A DNA stretch of 64,000 nucleotides from a virus (taxonomy: Duplodnaviria; Caudoviricetes), in the IMG/VR virus record IMGVR_UViG_3300029288_007102, positions 32,001-96,000 of that record. One strand, 5' to 3'. A program made the position numbers and the translations under genes. The notes below the pieces were generated by a model. The model ran no database searches, was not told the origin of the DNA, and saw nothing but the letters and a program-made list of their open reading frames with translations. Shown here piece after piece: positions 10,201 through 18,667 of the stretch (position 1 is its first letter; every line of letters begins with the position of its first letter).

Positions 10201-12186
10201 GATATAGTACAAATGATGCAGATAGACAATAATTTGTTTGTAGCTAAAGATAGAGATGGCCATGTTAAATATCAAGGCACCAGGGATGAAGTAAATAAAT
10301 GGATTGATGATAGGAAGAAGGAGAGGGGGGACTCTATGCAGAGAGAGTCTGTAAAAAAAGAGCAGGTGTTTCTCTCTTACGATGAATCGGATATTGCTGA
10401 AGCTGAGGTAGAATTTAGGATGTCTGAGCCCGGGGAGTTTGACTACATATTAGATAAAGTTGAATATGAAAAGGAAGATGGAACGACAAGTGATCTATTA
10501 ACCTTATATGACGAGGTAGGGCATGATAGCCAAAAGTTTATAGCTAAAGTTAAAGAGCTTGGCCTATGGGAAGAATTTGAGGAGAAGGTCCGGGAACAGG
10601 TTTATAAGGATACAGATTTCTTACAGTTTGCCTGGCAAGATCTGATTACAGAGTTGGACTCTGAGCTTAAAAAGCGTAGCCCTTCTGGCGTATGGTATGT
10701 CAAGGGTAGGAATATGGGCTGGCAACATCGGGAAGGAGATAAATCTTTTAAGGCTGATTCTGCAGAAGAATGGTTAAAGGCGATATTACCAAATACCGAT
10801 ACCTCCTTTGATATTTATGAACTGCCGAATAATGGCTTGAAGATGGTTGTTTTCCATCATGATGCCCCTACTGGAGAAACCTACGAGGCTTACCCAAAAG
10901 AGGCTTGTGCTATTTGTGGAGAGCCAGCGGACAAGAAAATAAAAGGCGATTGGTATTGCCAGGATTGTGCGGAGAATGAAGGTATCTGGCCTAAGGAGAA
11001 GAAGGAATCTGCCAAATTATTTACCTATAACGTTATGTTGGATGGCAAAGAAATAGATACCGTTTTCTATAAGCAGGAGCAGGATCCGGAAGAAGTTAAG
11101 AACTCTTTAATTGACCATGACGGGTATGATCCCCGGATAGTGGTTGTCCTAGAAGGAAAAAAGGAAAAGGCTTTGTGGCCTAAGAAGGCGAGATTAGACT
11201 TCCAGATAATAAAAGAAGCAACGAGGTCTTTTAAGGACATAAAAGAGTTACAGAAAGAAGTCCAAGATAATGATCTTCACCCTGGAGACTATATAAAAGT
11301 TGGCGGGGTAGAATATGTGATGGTTGAATATAGTGCGATTTCTTATAAGCGGCCTGGAGGTGGAGGTGGATCCCGGTATGTTTCTTATGCCGATTCAGAC
11401 ACTTTGACTAAAGAAATAAATATAGATTATGAAGAAAAGACAGTGAGGGAAGATGAGGCAATGATTGATTGGACGGAGAAAATTGCTCCTAAGATAAAGA
11501 AGGAGTCTGAGGTTGTCCAGGCACCACCGTTTAAGGAATGGTGGGTAGACAACAAGGTGAAGCCAGAATATAAGCAGCAGTATGAGGAGTATGCCAAACA
11601 GGAGACTGATCGGGGGGAGAAGCCGAGGAGTTATGATGAATGGGCTTCTGATTATTATGATGCGATGCTGGAGAAGTCTACAACCGCTTCGTTGATCAGA
11701 AAATCAATAAAATATAGTGAGCTGCCGGACTTTAAAGATTTTCATCCAGAGGAGTTGGAAGAAGGTTATCGGTTGATGGATATTGATTATAAAATCTGGG
11801 ATAGTTTGGGGGCATTAGGCAGCCGGGATATAACAGATTTTCCTGAAAAGAAAAATGCTTATTTAGAAGAAATACAGAAACGTTTCCCAAATAAAATTCC
11901 GGCTAAGTTTTATAAGCTTTTTGAGAATGAGAATTACCATCTTTTGAATGAGGCTTTATCTAAATTGGATCTATTTGTTCCTCATATTGATGGAATAACT
12001 TATTACCAACTTAAGGCTTCTCTAGAAAGAAAAGCTTATGTGGAGAAAGTTCCTGGGCACAAAAACTCTAAAGGTGAATTGGCCGAATGGGTTATCAAGT
12101 CTCACGAGACCGATAAGATCTTGAGTTCACATAAGACAGAAGAGGCAGCGAATCAACATCTTAAAGATATGCATGCTCATTCATAG
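7258..12186 (+). CDS. Large acidic modular (polyvalent) protein with N-terminal Pol-beta-type nucleotidyltransferase; putative internal head protein
   Basis: IIGSLTSYRYAKATDVDIH (GS..DxD); many short acidic domains separated by basic KxAS/KxS linkers; two CxxC..CxxC Zn ribbons. Confidence 0.7.
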   Translation: MKSTASMLDWGKQGLDPAVFDDQGKLKPEHKEHILSKLYKKLEDAGLQHYAEWIDTIHIIGSLTSYRYAKATDVDIHPVVNLEKFLEAEEQELDFQGASDLLNELGKELSREETEVLDGTNHEMEYYFETYFFEDGEQLWITLAETTEGDYDVLTEEWTKDPLFVDYDWDADTIYSTVLEEAKDLANEFDVNIGEIKRELTDIDLLEQSLQSFKNQPKQSKFFLEKIEEKIDTIEADILEMADKGEAAHDERVEQFEGNDEDLAKGVKFKYLQRYGYIWLYKQLKKLFEEETPPELTLDEIPQVKKIIKEFKMSENLFQILSVLKKQASHFKDEASYIESSVLKELGMTPPSAGVVPVFVQGSTEGKEFISVVATDGELKGQRFKVSVADLHKLSFNLDEYSNEYQEAVREYFMEHPEAKMDTVETASGIRQAMLGKRAKNVLLEKEKDFNTFKQFFVDAQLSAVEDWYTERCPEVYAAAIELKKQEEIESKQIQDLYKKTIASLNGETEPLIKDLSSFNSGSAAVPAKKTSSFDSQTYNWIKAVLINDEASTDEQLVQHFIKEGPMTKEEAEWWVGKRNEFLACLPQNEPDFEEEFERAFPDEEKKEASLTSVVQSMEHAIAGGYAQIPYAKRQGNWEYYLDDNYILHVKYYATEVITADFNAKKVLKVTTGGYNSVSTKAGITRALAELKGLGYEVPEMKGYETEASINKQPVKLDSDENSATVRCNNCGWEGVEEDLKLFKDKGEFVKGCPNCDHLDHALMDIKRESKFFINKQSAKLYNENPQGVFNFTLELEEGESKAEVMRQLQRASKGNLFMSDEDRAGEGKSNVINFYVYAKSLEEAKNVFSSVLGSLGQKAKLSKQSSSIGIDYQSKFTTEEEDEIKDHVCERIADAVLEGYSEGEIFIEELSGDKAVKGWFKIDIEEDENEEDVRNAEVARLIRKGYSSGYNPTFEWSANVWDLNEPEGKSKKKKAKSEHSDIVQMMQIDNNLFVAKDRDGHVKYQGTRDEVNKWIDDRKKERGDSMQRESVKKEQVFLSYDESDIAEAEVEFRMSEPGEFDYILDKVEYEKEDGTTSDLLTLYDEVGHDSQKFIAKVKELGLWEEFEEKVREQVYKDTDFLQFAWQDLITELDSELKKRSPSGVWYVKGRNMGWQHREGDKSFKADSAEEWLKAILPNTDTSFDIYELPNNGLKMVVFHHDAPTGETYEAYPKEACAICGEPADKKIKGDWYCQDCAENEGIWPKEKKESAKLFTYNVMLDGKEIDTVFYKQEQDPEEVKNSLIDHDGYDPRIVVVLEGKKEKALWPKKARLDFQIIKEATRSFKDIKELQKEVQDNDLHPGDYIKVGGVEYVMVEYSAISYKRPGGGGGSRYVSYADSDTLTKEINIDYEEKTVREDEAMIDWTEKIAPKIKKESEVVQAPPFKEWWVDNKVKPEYKQQYEEYAKQETDRGEKPRSYDEWASDYYDAMLEKSTTASLIRKSIKYSELPDFKDFHPEELEEGYRLMDIDYKIWDSLGALGSRDITDFPEKKNAYLEEIQKRFPNKIPAKFYKLFENENYHLLNEALSKLDLFVPHIDGITYYQLKASLERKAYVEKVPGHKNSKGELAEWVIKSHETDKILSSHKTEEAANQHLKDMHAHS

Positions 12187-12192
12187 GGAGAT

Positions 12193-13128
12193 TTGATGGA
12201 TATTACCCAAGACATTAAAGGTGTGTATGATAATGGAGGGGAGTACAACGACCGTTATACTGTAGTCTTTAACGATATAGTTAATGAGAATTTGGGTACT
12301 TTTCTCTCTTTAGGGTTGAGTGATAATCCGAGTGGTGCGGAAGGTGTATCTATCTGGACAGAATCTTCCCTGCCGAATTCTTATTTAGGGAAAAGGATTG
12401 AATTTGCGGAGTTGCCAGACAAACTTAAGAAGTATGTTGAAAAACAATATTATGGCAAAACAGCTTCTTTGGAGGGGATGAAGAAAATGGCTGATGTGAG
12501 TTGGGATCAGGAAGAAGTGTTAAAGGAATTGGTTGAAGAATTCGGTAAAGACTCTAAAGAGGAAATTGAAGGATCTCTGGATCTGGAAAAAGGTAGATAT
12601 TCTAGTTGGGGGCATTGTGGCTCTTTCACTTTTGGGGGAATTGAATACAATTTAATGGAGAGCGAAGATGACGCTGAACAGATCGCTTTTGAGTTAGTTA
12701 AAGATGACTTGGTTGACCAGCCGGAAATATTTACCCAATCTTGGCTACAAAGTTATATTGACGAGGATCGTTGGATGGACGATCTAGAGGGGGATTTGAG
12801 GACTTGGGTGGAAGAAGAGCCGAGCTCTTATACTGCCTTTATTGATAATGAGGACCCCGCAGAGGAAGACGGTACCTATTCTGAAGATCAAATTGATAGA
12901 ATGGTGGAAGGATATAAGGAGGACATTTTAAAACAAGGGTTATTGGATTGGATGCAGCATGATCTGGGATATGAAGGGGATGAGTTGGCCAAACAGATGA
13001 CCCCTTATATAGACCTTAACGAGGCTGCTCAAGGAGCTATTGACACAGATGGCTGGGCACATTTTTTATCTTTGTATGATGGGGATTATAACATTACCAA
13101 GAATGGATTAGTTTATTTCAGGGAATAG
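12193..13128 (+). CDS. Acidic two-module putative internal head protein
   Basis: YDNGGEYNDRYTVVF domain, GKTAS..KKMA linker, acidic C-terminal domain ending DGWAHFLSLYDG. Confidence 0.55.
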   Translation: MMDITQDIKGVYDNGGEYNDRYTVVFNDIVNENLGTFLSLGLSDNPSGAEGVSIWTESSLPNSYLGKRIEFAELPDKLKKYVEKQYYGKTASLEGMKKMADVSWDQEEVLKELVEEFGKDSKEEIEGSLDLEKGRYSSWGHCGSFTFGGIEYNLMESEDDAEQIAFELVKDDLVDQPEIFTQSWLQSYIDEDRWMDDLEGDLRTWVEEEPSSYTAFIDNEDPAEEDGTYSEDQIDRMVEGYKEDILKQGLLDWMQHDLGYEGDELAKQMTPYIDLNEAAQGAIDTDGWAHFLSLYDGDYNITKNGLVYFRE

Positions 13129-13137
13129 GAGTAATTA

Positions 13138-13896
13138 ATGGATGAATCGATTTTTACATATGTAAATCCCAATATAACTGAAAATCCCTTTGCTCAACAG
13201 CCACAAGCTCCTCAGGAAGCACGCCAGCGGTTTAAACAGGAGAAGAAGTGGATTGTGGATGATGAGGGTGCGGAGATAGCCACTAAGCGGTATGTAGAGA
13301 CTACCGGGGATCAATTTGGGGCTTACTTTAAGAAGAAGATATATAAGAAATTCCCAACTAGGGAAGAGGCGATAGCTTATCTGGAACGCCAGGCTTTTGC
13401 TCGGAAGAGGTTCCAAGTCTATGCTAAGTCAAAAGGTTGGATCAGGTTTTCCCAGATGGACCCTATTCTTCTTAATGGTTATATTGCTGAGCTTCAGGGG
13501 GAATTTTTACGGAGTATAGCCGAGAAGGGTGTAGAGAATGTTAACGTTTCTGATACGATTTTGTCTTTTCAAAAAAGTAAAAGGTTAAGCCGGGAAACAA
13601 TGATTGATATTTTAGATAAGATGACTCAAAATGGAGATATATTAAAGGAAACTTTTGAAACATATAAATCTGTTATTCAAGAGCCAGTTGAAGTAGCAGC
13701 GGCTAAAGATGAAAGTCTAGAAAATATTAAGAAACAGATTGTCGGACTATTTCCTCAACTTAAAAAATATGATTTTGTTCTCCGGCCAGGGGATAAAGAA
13801 GGCGAATATTTATGGCAAGGTAAAGAGGGGGAAGAATTATATGGCCATATCTATAAAGTGAATATTGAAAATAAAACTTTAGAGTTGGAGGATTAA
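13138..13896 (+). CDS. Hypothetical (putative head) protein
   Basis: AGGAG RBS; tightly packed in the operon. Confidence 0.55.
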   Translation: MDESIFTYVNPNITENPFAQQPQAPQEARQRFKQEKKWIVDDEGAEIATKRYVETTGDQFGAYFKKKIYKKFPTREEAIAYLERQAFARKRFQVYAKSKGWIRFSQMDPILLNGYIAELQGEFLRSIAEKGVENVNVSDTILSFQKSKRLSRETMIDILDKMTQNGDILKETFETYKSVIQEPVEVAAAKDESLENIKKQIVGLFPQLKKYDFVLRPGDKEGEYLWQGKEGEELYGHIYKVNIENKTLELED

Positions 13897-14277
13897 ATGC
13901 CAGTAGATCAACTTAAACATAGTGAGCAAGAATTATTGAATTTGAGTGCCCAAGCTATTCCAATGGGTGCCAAATATACAGGGGCACAGACTAATACGGT
14001 AGTTATAACCCCTTCAGGTTCAACGTCGGTCGTTTGTGTCATTGGGATGGTGGTTTCTATAGATGCTGATGGCACTTTCTCCTTAAACGACAATTCCACA
14101 TCTCCGGTCACAGTTTATCCTACAACGACTGTGAAGGCGGGGATTCCTTTGGTGATTACGGGTTTAACTATATATCGTGGAGTTGCCGGGAAGAATGTGA
14201 GGTTGACATCTTCAGGATCTATCTCTGTTATGCTTTGGTATTATGAAGATACGGAAGATACAGCTGCACCAGTATAG
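13897..14277 (+). CDS. Small beta-rich putative structural protein
   Basis: Ser/Thr/Val-rich; abuts the upstream stop. Confidence 0.5.
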   Translation: MPVDQLKHSEQELLNLSAQAIPMGAKYTGAQTNTVVITPSGSTSVVCVIGMVVSIDADGTFSLNDNSTSPVTVYPTTTVKAGIPLVITGLTIYRGVAGKNVRLTSSGSISVMLWYYEDTEDTAAPV

Positions 14278-14279
14278 AG

Positions 14280-14951
14280 GTGGTTATGAAAAGAAAGAGA
14301 TGGTTTGACAAACCGCTAATGCAAAAGAATGATTATGGTTCAACAAAATCTGGAAGTGGCAGGGGGTGGTATGAGATGAAAAAATTTGCCGATGAGTATA
14401 TGGATTATTCCATAGAGAAGGTTAAGGAACAGAACCCGGAACTGGGGCCAGAAGAGGTGATAGATAAGATTTCTGGTTTAGTCAAGAACCATATTGCGGA
14501 AGACGACCTGGTTAGGATTAAGAACTCTGATGAGGTAGGTATAGTTGCCTCTTTGAGTAATGGGAAATATGTAATTGATTGTGGGGATCATTTCCGAAAA
14601 GAGGAATTCTCCAATCTCCTGAAACTTACAGTGGCGGACATTGATGATAGCGTGTTCTATCGCAAGCCCTACAAAAAAGCGGAAAGTGTATGGGTGGATA
14701 CCAATCCAGTCAGAGAATGTTTGAATCTTGTGCTAGCTGACATCCCTTTTGCGGATAAAATTGCCAGCTTGCCAGATACCAACTCTTCTGTTTGTGTGTT
14801 CACGGATGGGGTAATTGGCCGGGAGGCTTTTGTTAAGACGGCCAACAAGAAAGGCAAGATCGTAGGAGAATGGGGCGGAAACGGATATCAGGTGGAGTTT
14901 GCTGATGGTACCCGTTCAGTGAGATGGCTCCAGGAATTGTTTATTTACTAG
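14280..14951 (+). CDS. Hypothetical protein with SH3/KOW-like segments and KxA motifs
   Basis: DLVRIK...GIVAS; KGKIVG..YQVEFADG; KKFA, KKAES, KIAS, KTAN. Confidence 0.5.
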   Translation: MVMKRKRWFDKPLMQKNDYGSTKSGSGRGWYEMKKFADEYMDYSIEKVKEQNPELGPEEVIDKISGLVKNHIAEDDLVRIKNSDEVGIVASLSNGKYVIDCGDHFRKEEFSNLLKLTVADIDDSVFYRKPYKKAESVWVDTNPVRECLNLVLADIPFADKIASLPDTNSSVCVFTDGVIGREAFVKTANKKGKIVGEWGGNGYQVEFADGTRSVRWLQELFIY

Positions 14952-14976
14952 AATCTTAATAGAATAGAAGGGGCGA

Positions 14977-17313
14977 ATGAACAAACCCAGACTGCTAGTC
15001 CAGATGATAGTCAGGAATGAAGCTGACCGTTATCTAAAAGAAGTATTGAAGGAAATATCAAAATCCGCTGATGAGATTATTATATTAGATGATAACTCTA
15101 CAGATAATACGGTGGAGATTTGCCGTTCTTTTCCAAAAACATATGTTGAAACCAATACCAAATGCGAATTCGTTGTGAATGAGTCTAAATTGCGAGAGAG
15201 ATTATGGGAGTGCCTGCGACTGAGAGCGAGAGATAAAGACTGGGTTTTAACTCTAGATGCCGATGAAATATTTGATGAGGCGTTCCACGCCGAACTGCCT
15301 AACCTTATGTCGTCATCTTACGATTGGGTGTCATTCCATTTACTTGATTTATGGAATAGAAAAGAGTACAGGAGAGATGGGTTTTGGAGTCCAATCGTAA
15401 CTCGCTTATTCAGATTCAAAGACCTGCCATATGGTATCTCGGGAGAGATACACTGCAAAAATATCCCTCGCTATGTATATGAAACAGACAATGGAATATG
15501 TCGATCAGACATTACCTTGAAACATCTTGGTTATCTACGGGAAGAGGATAGGGAGAAGAAGTTTCTATTCTACTCGCAGAAGTCCGTTGGGTTGGACTAT
15601 ATACACACACAAAGTATCCATGCTGAACCCAAACTAAAAAAAATCAATGGGAAATATTATAACAAGCAAATAATGATAGCTGTTCCAATTAAAGATCGTG
15701 AGTGGTGCCTCAAATCTTTCTTGGAAGGGGTTTTTAATATTGATTATTTGCGGAAATATATTACTTTATATTTTATTGTGAATGATAGTACAGATAACAC
15801 CTTTAACATCCTTAAGGATTGGAAGAATCTGGTTAGCAATTACTATAAAGATGTAATTATAGAAGTGAAGAATTTTGGCAACAGTTCTTTAAAAGAACAC
15901 GATTGGGACGATCAGAAGCTACAGAATATGTCTGTCTTGCGGAATATGTATTTGGTTAAAGCTAAAGAGCTGGACATGGATTATGTCCTGGCAATAGATA
16001 GCGATGTTCTTATTAAGGACCCTGTCTTATTGAATCACTTGCTTAACTTGGATCGTGATGTGGTGGCTGAATTGCATTGGGCTAAGTGGGACATCTTTAC
16101 TCACCCAATGCCGAATGCCTGGATCTGGGGACAGTATGAGATCACCAAACAATGGCTGGCTTTACTTAAAAGGCCATCTTGTTACCCGGCAGGTGGAGTT
16201 TGTGGGTGTACGTTGATCAGCCGGGATGTGATTGAGGCTGGTGTAGACTATAGTCGGATTTACAATCTTCCAGAGGAAATACGGGGGGAAGACAGGTTCT
16301 TTTGTATAAGTGCCCATGCCCACAAGTTTACTACTTGGATAGACACCTGTTATCCTTGTGAGCATATGGAGATGGATCCGGTCTTAAAACTTAAAAAGTT
16401 GACTCAGAGGAAGAAACACACCATTTCCTTTGGGATGATGGTCAAGAATGAGGAAAATTACATACAGCAGGCGATTTCCTGCATAAAGCCTATAGTGGAT
16501 GAATGCATTGTTGTAGATACGGGCAGTTTTGACAAGACGGTGCCGCTAGCAAAGGATTTAGGGGCCAAAGTGATAGAGACGACCTGGGAGAGGGACTACT
16601 CTAAGCCAAGGAATTTGTACTTAGAGGCCGCCACTGGCGATTGGATTCTATATCTGGATGCGGATGAGTATATCCGGCCAGAGGATTTAGGGAAGTTGAT
16701 TGATCTGGTAAATGATGATACGGTTGATGCTTATCTCTTTACAGTGAAGAACTTCCTTGAGGACCCGGGGAAGAAAGATAAGGCCAAATATGCCCTTACT
16801 GAGTCATACAGGCTCTTTAAGAGATCTCCGGCTATAAGATTCACCAGGACAATCCATGAAGGGATAGAAGATTCTCTGATAGCGGAATCGGAAAAGAGAG
16901 AGGTTAAGATTAAGGCTACTGACATTCCGATATTGCATTTTGGTTATATCCGGGAAGATTGCAAAAATAAACACAAGTTCTACGCAGAACTCTATGAAGA
17001 ACGGCTTAGGAAAGATGAACGGGATGAAGAGGCTGCGATGAGCCTGGCTCTACATTATCTAAGTGAAAAAGAAATTCGTAAAGCAGAAGATATTTATTTG
17101 CGGGTGATCTATCATAATAATGCGAATTGGCGGGCATTGAACAATCTGGGGGTAATCTTGCGGCACAAAGAAGATTGTTCGGAAGCCAGGTCGTATTTTG
17201 AGGCAGCTAGAGATTATATGCCTAAAAACATTAATCCTTTATATAAGTTAAAAGTTGAAGAGAATTTGAATGCGGTTAAAAATAAGAACCTTATGGAAGA
17301 CGTAATCGCATAG
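14977..17313 (+). CDS. Multi-domain glycosyltransferase (three GT-A/GT2-like domains plus TPR)
   Basis: IVRNE..DDNSTD..LDADE; AVPIKDR..IDSD; MVKNEE..VDTGSFD..LDADE..HE..HFGY; C-terminal ALNNLG TPR. Confidence 0.85.
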   Translation: MNKPRLLVQMIVRNEADRYLKEVLKEISKSADEIIILDDNSTDNTVEICRSFPKTYVETNTKCEFVVNESKLRERLWECLRLRARDKDWVLTLDADEIFDEAFHAELPNLMSSSYDWVSFHLLDLWNRKEYRRDGFWSPIVTRLFRFKDLPYGISGEIHCKNIPRYVYETDNGICRSDITLKHLGYLREEDREKKFLFYSQKSVGLDYIHTQSIHAEPKLKKINGKYYNKQIMIAVPIKDREWCLKSFLEGVFNIDYLRKYITLYFIVNDSTDNTFNILKDWKNLVSNYYKDVIIEVKNFGNSSLKEHDWDDQKLQNMSVLRNMYLVKAKELDMDYVLAIDSDVLIKDPVLLNHLLNLDRDVVAELHWAKWDIFTHPMPNAWIWGQYEITKQWLALLKRPSCYPAGGVCGCTLISRDVIEAGVDYSRIYNLPEEIRGEDRFFCISAHAHKFTTWIDTCYPCEHMEMDPVLKLKKLTQRKKHTISFGMMVKNEENYIQQAISCIKPIVDECIVVDTGSFDKTVPLAKDLGAKVIETTWERDYSKPRNLYLEAATGDWILYLDADEYIRPEDLGKLIDLVNDDTVDAYLFTVKNFLEDPGKKDKAKYALTESYRLFKRSPAIRFTRTIHEGIEDSLIAESEKREVKIKATDIPILHFGYIREDCKNKHKFYAELYEERLRKDERDEEAAMSLALHYLSEKEIRKAEDIYLRVIYHNNANWRALNNLGVILRHKEDCSEARSYFEAARDYMPKNINPLYKLKVEENLNAVKNKNLMEDVIA

Positions 17314-17405
17314 GAAAGCCGAAAGAGGTGCCACAAGACAGGGGGAGGTGTTATTCTGAATGTCTAAATAGGGCACAAAGAGTGAAAATTAATCAGGAGG
17401 TAACA

Positions 17406-18338
17406 ATGGTAGACGAGAAACCTAAAGGCAAGAAATGGCTGAAATGGCTGATTGGCGTCATTGTGGTCCTAGCTCTCATCTGGGCTGTGATGGCTATAGT
17501 AAAACCTAAACCTGTCGCAGCGGCAGAGTTGGGCGGAATTGTAAGCGTGTTCACGCAAGACAAGCAAGACTCTAATGTAACTAACGTGAAAGACAACCTG
17601 ATCAGATTAGATCTGACACAGGCGATTGACAAGAAAACCAGTTTGAAGATTGAGACTGACCTAGTTCGTGGCAAAGCAATTGTCAACGAGGGCTGGATCA
17701 ATTTGAAATTGGCTGACAAAATCAATCTAAAGGCTGGCAAGTTCTTGCTGCCAGCTGGTTATGCCTCACAACTTTCCCCGGCTGACCAAAAGCTAATAAT
17801 GCAACCGCTTTTTGGTAATGCCTACGACAGTGGTGTAGGTCTTATTGGTACAGCAGGTCCAGCGGACTATTCCGTTGCTTTGGTTAATGGTGATACCAAA
17901 AATAACACCTACGACCTTAATGGAAAAGTCTCAATGGATTTCCTGCCAGAGTACAAAGTCAATGCTGGTATTTCCTATATTTCAGGAAATGCAGGCGTAG
18001 ATAATGAAAAGTTCCAGACCATTGGCATTGGTGCAACAGCTGTGGTATCTAAAGTCGCTTTGATGGCGGAAGCCTTCCAGAGTAAAGATGTTTTGGACAT
18101 CTCTAGTAAGGATATATATATCCAGGCTAGTATGGATCTGAAGACTTGGGAACCAGTTGCTAGAATCGAAAGAGTTAATCCTAATATAGAAACTGATAAC
18201 GAGGCAGTCACTACGACTACTATAGGGGTTAATATCCCGGTTTATGCAGCGAAGTTGTCTATCAACTATGAGATGCCGAGGGAAGTTGAAGAGATCAACA
18301 ACGATCGGTTAATGGCTCAGCTATTGGTGAAGTTCTAG
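17406..18338 (+). CDS. Outer-membrane beta-barrel porin (OprO/OprP-like) with N-terminal hydrophobic signal/anchor
   Basis: AGGAGG RBS before ATG 17406; hydrophobic N-terminus; LKAGKFLLPAG motif; alternating beta strands; C-terminal Phe. Confidence 0.7.
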   Translation: MVDEKPKGKKWLKWLIGVIVVLALIWAVMAIVKPKPVAAAELGGIVSVFTQDKQDSNVTNVKDNLIRLDLTQAIDKKTSLKIETDLVRGKAIVNEGWINLKLADKINLKAGKFLLPAGYASQLSPADQKLIMQPLFGNAYDSGVGLIGTAGPADYSVALVNGDTKNNTYDLNGKVSMDFLPEYKVNAGISYISGNAGVDNEKFQTIGIGATAVVSKVALMAEAFQSKDVLDISSKDIYIQASMDLKTWEPVARIERVNPNIETDNEAVTTTTIGVNIPVYAAKLSINYEMPREVEEINNDRLMAQLLVKF

Positions 18339-18354
18339 TTCTTTGAACTAAGAT

Positions 18355-18574
18355 GAGAATAGGATTGTTGAGGGAAACACTGAGTGGTTAGTCGCCATTC
18401 TTTAGGGGGTTAGCGAGTGTGGAGAGGAAAGCCTGGACACACAAACTGATAAATCCCAGACCTAACTATCAAGGTGCAATCCGGGGCTGGAGAATCCAGA
18501 TAAGCCAAAGACTCTGAAAAGAGAAACTAGGTAAGATGACACCCAACATGATAGTAACAATCCTTTTTCTTCTC
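18355..18574 (+). ncRNA. Putative structured non-coding RNA (~220 nt), family unknown
   Basis: AGGATTGTT (18361) pairs AACAATCCT (18556); internal helices GTGTG/CACAC, CTGG/CCAG, CTCT-GAAA-AGAG; ACTATCA/TGATAGT long-range pairing. Confidence 0.5.
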
Positions 18575-18667
18575 CTTTTAAGACCTTAAATGGTTAATAA
18601 GTGAGCTTGCCCACTTTAATTGGTAAGTAAATAAAAGGCTGTGGAAACAGCTAATAGGAGGCTGCAA

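Noticed and set aside
18385-18560. Bona fide RNase P RNA or cobalamin riboswitch
   Set aside because: Only partial motif echoes (GAGGAAAG.., GGTGCAATCC); the P4 3' strand and B12 box are not found.
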